Assembly (NCBI RefSeq): GCF_900447535.1
Contig: NZ_UFXX01000002.1
Coordinates: 496,561-560,560, forward strand
Source: Dermacoccus nishinomiyaensis
Lineage (GTDB): Bacteria > Actinomycetota > Actinomycetes > Actinomycetales > Dermatophilaceae
Length of the DNA: 64,000 nucleotides
Direction: 5' to 3'
Below are positions 39,464-49,825 of this stretch, in pieces. A program made the position numbers and the translations under genes. The notes beneath the pieces are model-generated. The model was given only the letters and a program-made list of their open reading frames with translations. It was not told where the DNA came from and did no database searches. Numbering within the stretch: the first letter of the stretch is position 1; each line of letters starts with the position of its first letter.

Positions 39464-40753
39464 TCACTCCTTCTCGTCCGCCACGTTCTCGTCGTAGGCG
39501 CCCGCCAGGGGCGCGTCGATCGGCCCGTCGAGCACGAGCACGTCGAGCATCTCACCCGTCTCGACCTGGCGGGCCTCTCGCGGCACACGCGCGAGCGCGT
39601 TGGCCTCGCCCAACTCACCGAGGTGATGCGATCCCTGGCGCGCATTGGCACGGATCGTCAGCTCACCGTCAGCGCCGCGCACCGCGTGGACCCGCGCGTA
39701 CTGGGCACGTCCACGCGGGCACGTCCACCCCGGGCCACGCACGACGCCGCGTCGCCACACGGGCGCCGGGCGCCCGCTCATGTGCGCGAGCGCGGGCGCG
39801 ACGAACACCCAGAACGACACGAGCGTGCTCATTGGGTTGCCGGGCAGCGTGAACACCGGCACTCCTCGCTCGCCGAGCAGCCCGAAACCCTGCGGCTTGC
39901 CGGGCTGCATCGCGACCTTGTCGAACGTCACCTCGCCCGCCTCGATCAGCGCGGCCTTGACGACGTCATACGCCCCCGCGCTCACCCCACCCGTCGTGAT
40001 GACGGCGTCAGCCGTCGCGACGGCACGCTCCAGCACCCGCGCCACCTCGCCGGCATCGTCACGCACGTGCGCGACCTCGACGAGTTCGGCTCCCACCGCA
40101 GCGACGAGCGCAGCGAGCATCGGCCCGTTCGAATCGTGGATCTGCCCATGCTGCAGCGCTTCTCCGGCCGGACGCAGCTCGTCCCCCGTCGACAGCACGA
40201 CGACGCGCGGGCGCGGTGCCACCTCGATGTGATCCACCCCCGCCGAGGCGATGACGGCGACGTGTTGCGGTGCGATGATCGTGCCGGCGCGCAGCAGCAC
40301 GTCGCCGATGCGCACGTCTTCGCCGCGTCGGCGGATGTGGCGCCCGTCCTCCACCTCGCCCGTGAACCGCACGCGCTCCAGCCCACCGTCGCTCTGCTCG
40401 ACCGGCACCACCGTCGTCGTCCCCGACGGCACCGGCGCGCCCGTCATGATGCGCCAGGCCTCACCCGGCGCGCATGTCAGCTCACGTGTGTCACCGGCCG
40501 GGATGTCGCCGACGACGGGTAGCTCGCCGTCCGCAGCGTCCCCGGCTCGCAGGGCGTACCCGTCCATCGCGGAATTCGTGAACCCCGGCAGGTCGACGCC
40601 GCTGCACACGTCAGCGGCGAGCGCCCGCCCGAGGACGTCACCGACCCACCCGCCGTCGGCCAGCGCCACCCGCCGCGCAGGCAGCCGTGGAACGGCCGCG
40701 AGGATGCGCGCGAGGTGCTCGGCATCGGTGATGAGTTCGGGGGCGTGCGACAT
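39464..40753 (-). CDS. moeA: Molybdopterin molybdotransferase MoeA
   Basis: FTNSAMDGYALRA, GDELRPAGE and TTGGVSAGAYDVV motifs. Start chosen at MSHAPELITDAEHL (ATG 40753). Confidence 0.88.
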   Translation of the reverse strand: MSHAPELITDAEHLARILAAVPRLPARRVALADGGWVGDVLGRALAADVCSGVDLPGFTNSAMDGYALRAGDAADGELPVVGDIPAGDTRELTCAPGEAWRIMTGAPVPSGTTTVVPVEQSDGGLERVRFTGEVEDGRHIRRRGEDVRIGDVLLRAGTIIAPQHVAVIASAGVDHIEVAPRPRVVVLSTGDELRPAGEALQHGQIHDSNGPMLAALVAAVGAELVEVAHVRDDAGEVARVLERAVATADAVITTGGVSAGAYDVVKAALIEAGEVTFDKVAMQPGKPQGFGLLGERGVPVFTLPGNPMSTLVSFWVFVAPALAHMSGRPAPVWRRGVVRGPGWTCPRGRAQYARVHAVRGADGELTIRANARQGSHHLGELGEANALARVPREARQVETGEMLDVLVLDGPIDAPLAGAYDENVADEKE

Positions 40754-40781
40754 GCCCCCATTGTGCAACCCACCACCGACA

Positions 40782-40821
40782 ACGCCCCGTTCGCAACCGG
40801 ATTCGGTTGCGAACGGGGCGT
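40782..40821. terminator. Perfect 18-bp stem with a 4-nt loop, lying between galU and moeA. It has no U-tract; it may be an I-shaped terminator or attenuator.
   Basis: ACGCCCCGTTCGCAACCG gatt CGGTTGCGAACGGGGCGT. Confidence 0.55.
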
Positions 40822-40841
40822 CATCCCCATGCTGGATGGCG

Positions 40842-41798
40842 TCAGGCGCCGCGCTCGGTGCGAGTGCGCCCCTTGCCCTCGTCGGTCTCGACCCAGCCCT
40901 GCAGCCAGGAGCGGAAGTCGGAACCGAACTCGTTGTGACGCGTGCCGAGACGCACGACGGCCTTGAGGTAGTCGAGACGGTCGCCCGTGTCGTAACGGCT
41001 GCCGCGGAAGACGACACCGATGACGCCGGCGCCCTCACCCGTCGCGCTCGCACGCTCGGCGAGCGCGTCCGTCAGCTGGATCTCGCCGCCGCGTCCCGGC
41101 TCCGTCTTCTCGAGCACCGCGAAGATCGACGGGTCGAGCACGTAGCGGCCGATGATCGCAAGGTTGCTCGGCGCCTCCCCCGCGGCCGGCTTCTCGACGA
41201 GACCGGTGACGCGCACGACGGCTTCGCCCTCGCCCTCGATCGGTTCGACGGCCGCGCAGCCGTAGAGGTGGATCTGGTCGTCCGGCACCTCCATGAGCGC
41301 GATGACGGACCCGCCGTGCTTGGCCTGCACGTCGATCATCTGCTCGAGCAGGTGGTCGTCCTCGTCGATGAGGTCGTCGCCGAGCAGGACGGCGAACGGC
41401 TCGTCGCCGACGTGGTTGCGCCCGACGAGCACGGCGTGGCCGAGGCCGCGCGGCTCGCCCTGGCGGATGAAGTGGACCTCACCGAGGTCGGCCGACTTCT
41501 GCACACGCTTGAGGCGCTTCTCGTCGCCCTTCTTCTCGAGGGCCCGCTCGAGCTCCCAGTGGCGGTCGAAGTGATCCTCGAGAGCAGCCTTGGAACGACC
41601 GGTGATCGTGAGGATGTCGGGAACCCCTGCGCGCACCGCCTCTTCGACGACGTACTGGATGGCCGGCTTGTCGACGACCGGCAGCATCTCCTTGGGGATG
41701 GCCTTCGTGGCAGGCAGGAAGCGCGTGCCGAGCCCGGCGGCCGGGATGACGGCCTTGCGCGCGCGACGGCGAGGAGCGGAGGACGGCGTTTCAGTCAT
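40842..41798 (-). CDS. galU: UTP--glucose-1-phosphate uridylyltransferase
   Basis: KAVIPAAGLGTRFLPATKAIPKEMLPVVDKP nucleotidyltransferase motif. Confidence 0.9.
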   Translation of the reverse strand: MTETPSSAPRRRARKAVIPAAGLGTRFLPATKAIPKEMLPVVDKPAIQYVVEEAVRAGVPDILTITGRSKAALEDHFDRHWELERALEKKGDEKRLKRVQKSADLGEVHFIRQGEPRGLGHAVLVGRNHVGDEPFAVLLGDDLIDEDDHLLEQMIDVQAKHGGSVIALMEVPDDQIHLYGCAAVEPIEGEGEAVVRVTGLVEKPAAGEAPSNLAIIGRYVLDPSIFAVLEKTEPGRGGEIQLTDALAERASATGEGAGVIGVVFRGSRYDTGDRLDYLKAVVRLGTRHNEFGSDFRSWLQGWVETDEGKGRTRTERGA

Positions 41799-41815
41799 GA
41801 GCCTAGGCTAGCCCT

Positions 41816-42455
41816 CATGACCGACAACGGGGCCCCGGATGCACCGACCGGCGCGACACCTCCGCGCGACGTCGAGCCGACGCCCGACGAGCGCGAGCGC
41901 GTCGCCAAGCGCGATTTGCGCGCACGACTTCGCGCCGCGCGTCGAGAGCGTCGTGATGCGACGAGCCCCGAGCAACGTCACACCGACGGACTCGCGCTGC
42001 TGCATCACCTCGAACCGCTGCTGGCACGCGCCACCTGCGTCACCTCGTTCGAGCCGCTGGCGAGCGAGTCGAACCTCGAACCGATCAACGCCGCCGTCAG
42101 GGCGCGCGGGCGCCTGCTCGTGCCGATCACGCTCGCCGATCTGGACCTGTCCTGGCGTGACGCCGCCACGGGCGACGACCTGGGCACGGGTGGCATCGCG
42201 GCCGCCGACCTCGTCATCGCGCCCGCGCTCGCGATCGGCCCGAACGGCGAACGCCTCGGCCAGGGCGGCGGCTGCTACGACCGCGCCCTGCCGCGCCGAC
42301 GGCCGGGCACACCCGTCGTCGCCGTCGTCTTTCCCGACGAGCTGCTGACCGGCCCCGATGCGCCCAGCATCCCGGTCGAGGCGCACGACGAACGCGTCGA
42401 CGCGGCCCTCACCGTGGACGGCCTCGTCCGCTTCGGCGACGCCCTGGGATACTGA
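41816..42455 (+). CDS. 5-formyltetrahydrofolate cyclo-ligase
   Basis: KRDLRARLRAARRER...GQGGGCYDRAL, length about 210 aa. A positional equivalent of Rv0992c. Confidence 0.78.
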
Positions 42456-42531
42456 GAGGCACCGGCCCGCGACGAGGCCGAGCCGACGCCGACGCACCCA
42501 CCCGCTGACGCCGACCTGAGGAGGGGGCCCG

Positions 42532-44067
42532 ATGATCGAAGCCGCCGCCGCCACCGGGTTCGACACCGCCGACCTGCCGCTGACGCTGCTCGTCGGCTCG
42601 CTCGTCCTGCTCGTCGCCGTCGCCGCCGTCCGCCTCGCCAACCGCTCGGGGCTGCCGACGCTGCTCATCTACCTCGCGATCGGCGTCGCTCTCGGTGAGG
42701 GTGGGCTCGGCATCGGCTTCGAGAACACGAACCTCACGCAGGTGCTCGGCTATTGCGCGCTCATCCTCATCCTCATCGAGGGCGGTCTGACGACGCAGTG
42801 GAGCAGCATCCGCGCGTCCGTCGCCCCGGCCCTGCTGCTGTCGACACTCGGCGTGCTCGTCTCCGTCGCGGTCGTCGGTTCGGCGACGCACCTCCTGCTC
42901 GACTTCGACTGGAAGACGTCGCTGCTGCTCGGCGCCATCGTCTCCTCGACGGACGCCGCGGCCGTGTTCTCGGTGCTGCGCAAGGTGCCGCTGCCGCATC
43001 GCCTCGCTGGCGTGCTCGAGGCCGAGTCGGGCTTCAACGACGCGCCCGTCGTGCTGCTCGTCGTCGCCCTCGCGGACGAGGTGGTGCCCGGCGGCGAGCA
43101 CCACGGCGTCCTCTCCCTCGCCGGGATGGCGGTGTTCGAACTCGCCGGTGGCGCGCTCGTCGGCCTCGCTGTCGGCTGGGTGCTCGGCGCCCTCTCGCAG
43201 CGCATCGCGCCCGGCTCGTCAGGTCTGTTCGCAATCGGCGTCGTCGCCGGGGGTGTCCTCGCCTATGCCGCGGCGTCCGTCGTCCACACGAGCGGCTTCA
43301 TGGCGACCTACCTCGCGGCGCTCGTCCTCGGCAACATGCCGATCCCCCACCGTCAGGCCGTGCGCGGCTTCGGGCAGGCGATGGGGTGGCTCGCGCAGAT
43401 CGGCCTGTTCGTCCTGCTCGGCCTGCTCGCCTCCCCCAGCCGCCTCATGGACCAGTTCGTGCCCGCCATGGTCGTCGGCTTCGTCCTGCTCCTGCTCGCC
43501 CGCCCCGCCTCGATCATCGCGTCGATGACGCCGTTCGGCTTCTCCTGGCGCGAGCAGGTGTTCCTGTCATGGGCAGGTCTTCGCGGCGCGGTGCCGGTCG
43601 TCCTCGCGACGGTGCCGCTGACCGCGGGCGCCGAGCAGATGCGCTGGATCTTCGACCTCGTCTTCGTCCTCGTCGTCGTCTTCACGTTCCTGCAGGCCCC
43701 GACGCTGCCGCTCGTCGCCCGCGTGCTCGGCATCGGCAACGACGCGCACGCCGTCGAGCTCGAGGTCGAGAACACGCCGCTGACGGACCTGCGCGCCGAC
43801 ATGCTGCACGTCAAGGTCGGCGAGCACTCGCAGCTCGTGGGCGTCATGCTGTACGAGCTGCGCCTACCGGTCGGCGCGAACGTCACCCTCGTCGTCAACG
43901 GCGAGCGCAGCTACGTGCCCGGTGAGCGCAGCGTGCTGCGCGCCGGCGATCAACTGCTCGTCGTGACGAAGGAGGCGGTGCGCGCTCGTACCCTCGCCCG
44001 CTTCCGCGAGGTGAGCGAGGGCGGACGCCTCGCAGGTTGGCGCATGCCCACCGCGCCCCGCACATGA
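42532..44067 (+). CDS. CPA1-family K+/Na+:H+ antiporter (NhaP2-like) with a C-terminal TrkA-C/RCK domain
   Basis: Roughly 12 TM segments with the SSTDAAAVFSVL and ESGFNDA motifs, plus a C-terminal soluble domain. Confidence 0.85.
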   Translation: MIEAAAATGFDTADLPLTLLVGSLVLLVAVAAVRLANRSGLPTLLIYLAIGVALGEGGLGIGFENTNLTQVLGYCALILILIEGGLTTQWSSIRASVAPALLLSTLGVLVSVAVVGSATHLLLDFDWKTSLLLGAIVSSTDAAAVFSVLRKVPLPHRLAGVLEAESGFNDAPVVLLVVALADEVVPGGEHHGVLSLAGMAVFELAGGALVGLAVGWVLGALSQRIAPGSSGLFAIGVVAGGVLAYAAASVVHTSGFMATYLAALVLGNMPIPHRQAVRGFGQAMGWLAQIGLFVLLGLLASPSRLMDQFVPAMVVGFVLLLLARPASIIASMTPFGFSWREQVFLSWAGLRGAVPVVLATVPLTAGAEQMRWIFDLVFVLVVVFTFLQAPTLPLVARVLGIGNDAHAVELEVENTPLTDLRADMLHVKVGEHSQLVGVMLYELRLPVGANVTLVVNGERSYVPGERSVLRAGDQLLVVTKEAVRARTLARFREVSEGGRLAGWRMPTAPRT

Positions 44068-44148
44068 GCGACGTGCGCCTGCCTGACCCTGACGCTGCCT
44101 TACCATGTCGCAGTCGAACCAGCGCCGCCCGCCGGCACGAGAGAAGGA

Positions 44149-44397
44149 ATGACGATGCCCACCTACGCCTACGCGTGCAAGGAATGCGGCCACGGTTTCG
44201 AGGCGCGCCAGTCGTTCGACGACCCCGCTCTCACGACGTGCCCCGAGTGCGGCGGCCCGCTGCGCAAGGTGTTCAACAGCGTCGGCGTGACGTTCAAGGG
44301 GGCGGGTTTCTACCGCACCGACAGCCGTTCCTCCGGCACGAGCTCGAGCTCCAGTTCCGGTTCGAGCTCGAGCGGTTCGAGCAGCTCCGACGCCTGA
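44149..44397 (+). CDS. FmdB-family zinc-ribbon protein with a poly-Ser C-terminal tail
   Basis: YACKECGHGFE...CPECGG CxxC...CxxC, then SSGTSSSSSSGSSSSGSSSS. Confidence 0.7.
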   Translation: MTMPTYAYACKECGHGFEARQSFDDPALTTCPECGGPLRKVFNSVGVTFKGAGFYRTDSRSSGTSSSSSSGSSSSGSSSSDA

Positions 44398-44491
44398 CGG
44401 CCATCCCCAGGTGTGACGGCCGGGCACCCTGATCCACAGCCTGCGGCATGACGGCGCCCACCATCGGCGCGGTTCGCCCTAGCGTCGAGCC

Positions 44492-44977
44492 ATGCCCTCA
44501 CTGCGCACCCTCGACGTCGTCCACCGCCTCAACGCCCCGACGCGCGCGGCCGCGACGCGTCGCCGCCGGCTGCGCAAGGCAGGGGCCATCACCTGCCTGC
44601 TCGTCGGCGCGGCGCTCGCGGCACCGTCGGGCGGCGCCCCCGATCCGGCGGCGTCCGCGGCCACGTCGGGTGCCTCAGCCGACGGCCCCGCACCGGCCGC
44701 CCTGCGGGGACGCCACATCGTGCGCATCACGCCGGTGGGGCCGAACCCACAGGATGCCGCCCGCGTCGACGTGTGGGACGCCTCCGGGACGCGGCTCGTC
44801 GGCTGCGCTCCGACCTACCCGGGCTCGACTCGAGTTCCCGCTCGCGATGTGATGTCGAACACATCGACGAGCACGGTCTCGATCGCGATGACCGATGCCG
44901 AGACCGTTCGCGTGGCCAAACATCTGGGAGACGCCGCGGAATCGGGAAGCGGCCTCCTCGTCACCGGCTGCCTGTGA
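44492..44977 (+). CDS. Hypothetical secreted protein with a Tat-like signal
   Basis: TRRRRLRKAGAITCLLVGAALAA signal. No recognisable domain. Confidence 0.4.
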   Translation: MPSLRTLDVVHRLNAPTRAAATRRRRLRKAGAITCLLVGAALAAPSGGAPDPAASAATSGASADGPAPAALRGRHIVRITPVGPNPQDAARVDVWDASGTRLVGCAPTYPGSTRVPARDVMSNTSTSTVSIAMTDAETVRVAKHLGDAAESGSGLLVTGCL

Positions 44978-45099
44978 GCGATCGCTTCATATCACGCACG
45001 ACGACACGACGGGCCGTTTTGATTTCCCGACTTTCCACCCATCTGGGTACTGTCATGAGTGCACCTTTCACACAGCATTCCGAGCAGTTAGGAGAAGCC

Positions 45100-45459
45100 A
45101 TGAAGGGCTTCAAGGACTTCATCATGCGCGGCAACCTCATCGAGCTTGCCGTCGCCTTCATCATGGCCGGCGCGTTCGCGAAGGTCGTCGAGGCCTTCAT
45201 CACGATCGTCATGGACCTGCTGGGCAAGCTCGGCGGCACGCCGGACTTCTCGTCCTACAAGCCGGGCGGCGTCCACGTCGGCGCGTTCCTCACGGTTCTC
45301 GTCAGCTTCCTCGTCCTCGCGTTCGTCGTGTACTTCGCGATGGTCAAGCCCTACGAGGCTGCCAAGGCCCGCTTCGCCAAGCCGGCTGACGCCGAGGACA
45401 CCGAGCTGTCGCTGCTGGCCGAGATCCGCGACGAGCTGCGCGCGGGCCGCCGCCTCTGA
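45100..45459 (+). CDS. mscL: Large-conductance mechanosensitive channel
   Basis: AGGAGAAG ribosome-binding site. MKGFKDFIMRGNLIELAVAFIMAGAFAKVVEAFI is the MscL TM1 signature. Confidence 0.9.
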   Translation: MKGFKDFIMRGNLIELAVAFIMAGAFAKVVEAFITIVMDLLGKLGGTPDFSSYKPGGVHVGAFLTVLVSFLVLAFVVYFAMVKPYEAAKARFAKPADAEDTELSLLAEIRDELRAGRRL

Positions 45460-45498
45460 GGCTCATCGAGCGCATGAGGCCTCTCGGTCTCTGAGCGC

Positions 45499-45536
45499 AC
45501 GAAGGGCGTGAACACCATGGTGTTCACGCCCTTCGT
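45499..45536. terminator. 38-bp perfect palindrome between the convergent mscL and helicase genes; a candidate bidirectional terminator.
   Basis: ACGAAGGGCGTGAACACCA|TGGTGTTCACGCCCTTCGT. Confidence 0.55.
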
Positions 45537-45808
45537 CATGTCCGCTCCGCCATTCCCCCGGAGCCCAGGCTCAACCCCAGTGCGGCGGACGCTGATCGAG
45601 GTACCACTGATCCTGAGCGCTGCGCGGCCCCGGCGCGTCGTCGTCACGGCTCCACCAGCGCGACCAGTCGGCGTCAGGCGTGGCCGACGCGGGCGCCGCG
45701 GCGCCGTCAGCGGCGACCTCACCGTCGCGGCTCGTGGCAACCCGCGTCTGCCCGTCCACCGTGCGCGTCGCAGGCGCCGACGCCCGGCGCGGACGACGAC
45801 GACGGGGC

Positions 45809-48800
45809 TCAGAATCGCTCATCGTTCTCCTCCGCGAGGAGGCGACCCACGAGCGCGACGATGCGGGAGCTATCGCGGGCCGGATCGCGGAACAGGTCGA
45901 CGGTCCACACGCGATCATGGTGCCAGCCGAGCCGCTCCAGCGCCTCGGGGCGCAGCCGATCACGTTCGCGGACACTGCCCATCGCGGCGTAGGCATCACC
46001 GTCGCTCTCGACCGCGAGCAGCATGCGGCCAGGCTCCCTCGGATGCTCGACGGCCAGGTCGACACGCATCCGCGAGTGTCCGTACCCGGTGTGCACGACG
46101 AGGCCCTCGGCGCGCAGGCGCCGCGCGAGGTCCTCGACGACGTACGGCACGGGCACGATGACGGCGTCCGCGCCGACGCGGCGCAGCGCCACCGACCCCG
46201 ACGACGACGTGCGGCGCCGTCGCCCGGCGACGACGGTGACGAGTTCGTCACCGTCGAGCTCCGGCTCGCCCGCGCCGGTGTCGAGGCGCTCATCGCACTC
46301 GGCGACGTAGAGCAGGAAGTCGCGCAGGAGCACCGCGCCGCGCGAGCGCAGCGCGGCCGGGTCGACCTCGTCGCCGGTGAACGCGGAGACGACGTCCATG
46401 CGTCGGCGCGCGCGGGAGATGGCGACGTTGAGGCGACGCTCACCGCCGACGTGGTTGAGCGCCCCGAACCGGCGCACGAGAGCGCCCGTGGGGTACGGCG
46501 CGATGCCGAGGGAGAGGATGACGGCGTCGCGCTCGTCGCCCTGGACGCGTTCGAGGTTCTTGACGAAGAACGGCGCCTCCGGGTGGGCGGCGAGGAACGC
46601 GGCGAGCTCGCTGTCGACACGTGCCTGCGCGGTGACGGCGCGTTCGAGGCGGCGAGCATGCGTGAGGCCGAGGGTGATGACGCCCAGCGACTCGTGCGGG
46701 CGCTGCGCGGCGTGCTGACGCACGAGGTCGAGGACGGCCTCGACCTCGGCCTTGCCCTGATCCGGCGCCGCCTCGTCGGGGTACGGTTCGCGCACCTCGA
46801 CGCGGTGAAGGCGCAACACGTTCTCGACGTCCGCGCGCGGGAAGGTGATGAGTTCACCCTCGTAGACCGCTTCGTTGGAGAAGGCGATGAGACGCTCGTC
46901 GAGAGAGCGGTAGTGCCAGCGCAGGTGGCGCACGGGCAGCAGGCCGGCGAGCACGTCGAGCACGGATTCGCCCGTGTGCGCGGTGTCCTCCCCCGCCGAG
47001 GTGCGCTGGAAGAAGCTCGTCGGCGCGAGCTGCTGTGTGTCACCGGCGACGACGACCTGCACGCCACGCGAGATCGCCGAGATCGCCTCGGCGGGCGGGA
47101 TCTGGCTCGCCTCGTCGAAGATGACGACGTCGAACCAGCGCCCCGGCGGCAGCGTCTGCGCGACGACGAGCGGGCTCATCGCCCAGCACGGCGCGAGCGC
47201 CGTCATGAGATCCGGCGCACCGGCGAAGGCCTGACGCAGCGCGTCGGCGCTGCCCGCGTGGTGACCGAAGACGAGAGCCGCCTCCATCGCCTCGACCTGC
47301 TCGGGCAGGTGCTGCGCGACGGCGTCGATGCGCCGGTAGGCGCGCTGACGCACGCGGTGCGGTGTCTCGTCGAGGTGACGGCGATCGGCTGCTGCGTAGC
47401 GCTGCGCGGCGGCGCGCAGGTCGTTGCCGCGGTGCTCCTCGTATGCCGGATCCTGACGGCGCACGCGCTCGAGCACGCTCGTCCACCAGATGAACTCCCA
47501 CTCGGCGGGCACGGCGTCCTCGTTCACGCCCCGCGCCGCGAAGTCGTCGACGACCGGTCCGAGGCCGAGAGCGCGCAGGCGGTCGATCTGCGAGCCGGAG
47601 CGCGCCGCGACCTCGATACGGTCGGCGTCGGCGGCGAGGGTCTGGAGGCGTGCGGCGAGCTCGTCGAGGTCGAGCGTCACGAGGTTCGTCGCACCGCGCG
47701 TGCCCTCGAGACGCTGCCCGAGCCAGTCGAGTTCGTCGGTCAGGCGCGTGTGCGCGGCGCGCACCTGCTCCGTCATCGGCGGCACGCAGGGGCGCCCCTG
47801 CCCGCCGAACTCACGCCAGCGCGCCTGCTCGTCGGCGGCGCGCTGCAGCATGGCGTGCAGATCCTCGGGCGGACGCCCGGGACGCAGCGTCGCGCGGGCC
47901 TCCTTGAGCAGCCGGCGACGCTCCATCGCGCCCACCTGGTGCTCGGCGCCCTTGCGCTCGGTACGCGGCGCGCTCGCGACGACGCCCGCGTCGAGGTCGA
48001 GCGCGAACACGTCGGAGGTGAACACGTCGAGGGTCTTCGTCACGTGGCTCATGAGGTCGAGCACGTCCGAGGCCTGCGTCATCGTCGTCGGCACGGGCAA
48101 CCCTGCCGCGTCCGCGAGGGCCGCGAGCGACGCACGGTGGCGGGCCAGTTCGCCGCCGGCCTCATCGGCCGAGCCGTCGTCGCCGGAGCGTCCGCCAACC
48201 GAACCGTCGCCAACCAAGCCGTCATCGCCGGCCAGTCGCAGCACGAGGTCTCGAGCGCGTTCGCTGTGCTCGCTACCGCGCACGCGCGCGCCGAACCAGG
48301 CGTCGGGTTCGCCCTCGCCCTTCCACGCGCGATCCTGCGCGAGTCCGAGCAGCGTGCGTCCGGTCTCGTCACGCGCCTCGGTGTCGAGACGGTTGAGCGG
48401 CTCACCCTCGAGACGCACGCGTGAGCGCGGCGGGTGCGGCAGGGCGTTGAGTTCGGCGATGCGGCTCTGCGCGTCGTGCGCGCTGACGCCGAACGGGTCA
48501 CGCACGCGGTGCAGGGCGCGCACGTGCTCGATCAGGGTGACGCGCTCGGATTCGAGTTCGTCGATGACGCGCGGGTCCGGCCCATCCGCGCTCGGACCGT
48601 CGCCGTGCGGTGAGCGCAAGGCGTCACCGACGTGCGGGGCACCCGCTGCGGGCGCGGTGACGAGGCGTCGCGCGAGGGTGTCGACGAGGTCGGCGGGCGT
48701 GCCGGAACCGGCGTGCGCGTCGAGCATGAGGTCGCCGAGGCCGAGCGCCGACAGCCGTCCGATGACGGCGTCGATCGCGGCGCGCTTCTCGGCGACGAAC

Positions 48801-49777
48801 AGCGCGCTCTTGCCGTGCGCGGTCAGGGTGGCGACGAGATTTGCGATCGTCTGGCTCTTGCCGGTGCCGGGTGGGCCCATGAGGACGAGGTGCTGGCCAC
48901 CCATGACGGCGTCGATCGCCGCCTGCTGCGCCGAGTCGGCGTCGAGGACGAGAAACTCCTCGCGCGGGTCGGCGTCGAGCCCAGCGGCGGGCGCCTCGGC
49001 GCCGACGTCGAAGATCGACGCCTCGTCACCGGCCATCGCGGCGACGACGGGATGCGTGTGCAGGCGCGGCGCCTGCTCTGCGACGTCGCGCACCATCGAA
49101 AGCTTCGCGTAGCTGAACGTCGAGACGACGAGGCGCTCGTCGATGCGGAACCCCGGGATCGACGCGCCCGCGCGGCGCATCATCGCGTACGTCGGGGCCG
49201 GGTCGAACCCGTGCGGGCCGGCCGACGACGCCGTCACGTACTCGTGGTCGATGTTGATGCCGCGTGAGGCGAAGTAGGTGGACAGCGCCGAGTTGAGTTC
49301 GACGGTGCGCGAGACCTCGAGGACGAGATCGTCACCGCCGCGGCCCCCGAAGTGGATGTCGCACTGGCGCAACAGGATCGGCGCGGCCGGCACCGCGTCA
49401 CCGCTCATCTGCCACGTCGCGCGGCCGAGGGCGAGGAAACAGCTGAGGATGCCGCGCTCCTCGAGCAGTTCGCGTGACAGGTCACGGATCGCGAGCGCCT
49501 TCTCGTACGCCTCGGCGTACGCGTGCTCCGAACGCACGATCTGCGACAGCAGCACGCTACGTCCCGACAGCAGCTTCGCGACGCCCGCCGGGTGCGCCGT
49601 CGTGAGGTCGAGCTCGACGGAGTCGTCGGTGCGCTGCCACAGCAGCGAGTTGCGCCCGCCGAGGTCGACGAGGTGACGCTGCCACACCGCGGCGGCGTCA
49701 CGCACGGCCTGACGACGGTCTTCGTCCGCCGCGTTCATCGTCTCGTGCGCAGCGTTCACGTGTTCGTTCGTCACCAC
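45809..49777 (-). CDS. 1322-aa Upf1-like SF1 helicase (DUF4011-like N-terminus, then AAA_11 and AAA_12 domains) fused to a C-terminal restriction-endonuclease-like (DUF3320/Vsr-Mrr-fold-like) domain
   Basis: Walker A LMGPPGTGKSQTIANL, DEASQ, VVAGDTQQLAP, HYRSLDERLIAF, GDERDAVILSLG and NVAISRAR motifs. The C-terminal roughly 140 aa resemble an endonuclease-like fold. Confidence 0.82.
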   Translation of the reverse strand: MVTNEHVNAAHETMNAADEDRRQAVRDAAAVWQRHLVDLGGRNSLLWQRTDDSVELDLTTAHPAGVAKLLSGRSVLLSQIVRSEHAYAEAYEKALAIRDLSRELLEERGILSCFLALGRATWQMSGDAVPAAPILLRQCDIHFGGRGGDDLVLEVSRTVELNSALSTYFASRGINIDHEYVTASSAGPHGFDPAPTYAMMRRAGASIPGFRIDERLVVSTFSYAKLSMVRDVAEQAPRLHTHPVVAAMAGDEASIFDVGAEAPAAGLDADPREEFLVLDADSAQQAAIDAVMGGQHLVLMGPPGTGKSQTIANLVATLTAHGKSALFVAEKRAAIDAVIGRLSALGLGDLMLDAHAGSGTPADLVDTLARRLVTAPAAGAPHVGDALRSPHGDGPSADGPDPRVIDELESERVTLIEHVRALHRVRDPFGVSAHDAQSRIAELNALPHPPRSRVRLEGEPLNRLDTEARDETGRTLLGLAQDRAWKGEGEPDAWFGARVRGSEHSERARDLVLRLAGDDGLVGDGSVGGRSGDDGSADEAGGELARHRASLAALADAAGLPVPTTMTQASDVLDLMSHVTKTLDVFTSDVFALDLDAGVVASAPRTERKGAEHQVGAMERRRLLKEARATLRPGRPPEDLHAMLQRAADEQARWREFGGQGRPCVPPMTEQVRAAHTRLTDELDWLGQRLEGTRGATNLVTLDLDELAARLQTLAADADRIEVAARSGSQIDRLRALGLGPVVDDFAARGVNEDAVPAEWEFIWWTSVLERVRRQDPAYEEHRGNDLRAAAQRYAAADRRHLDETPHRVRQRAYRRIDAVAQHLPEQVEAMEAALVFGHHAGSADALRQAFAGAPDLMTALAPCWAMSPLVVAQTLPPGRWFDVVIFDEASQIPPAEAISAISRGVQVVVAGDTQQLAPTSFFQRTSAGEDTAHTGESVLDVLAGLLPVRHLRWHYRSLDERLIAFSNEAVYEGELITFPRADVENVLRLHRVEVREPYPDEAAPDQGKAEVEAVLDLVRQHAAQRPHESLGVITLGLTHARRLERAVTAQARVDSELAAFLAAHPEAPFFVKNLERVQGDERDAVILSLGIAPYPTGALVRRFGALNHVGGERRLNVAISRARRRMDVVSAFTGDEVDPAALRSRGAVLLRDFLLYVAECDERLDTGAGEPELDGDELVTVVAGRRRRTSSSGSVALRRVGADAVIVPVPYVVEDLARRLRAEGLVVHTGYGHSRMRVDLAVEHPREPGRMLLAVESDGDAYAAMGSVRERDRLRPEALERLGWHHDRVWTVDLFRDPARDSSRIVALVGRLLAEENDERF

Positions 49778-49825
49778 GGCAGGTTATCGGTGAAACCTGG
49801 CGTTCGTCGCCAGGCTCCCCGGCGC

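Noticed and set aside
40251-42455. 734-aa plus-strand ORF spanning moeA, galU and 5-FCL.
   Set aside because: Only its last roughly 210 aa, from ATG 41816, correspond to a real protein, 5-formyltetrahydrofolate cyclo-ligase. The upstream part is antisense to moeA and galU.
45680-48424. 914-aa plus-strand ORF.
   Set aside because: It is antisense to the SF1 helicase gene, which has a full set of helicase motifs.
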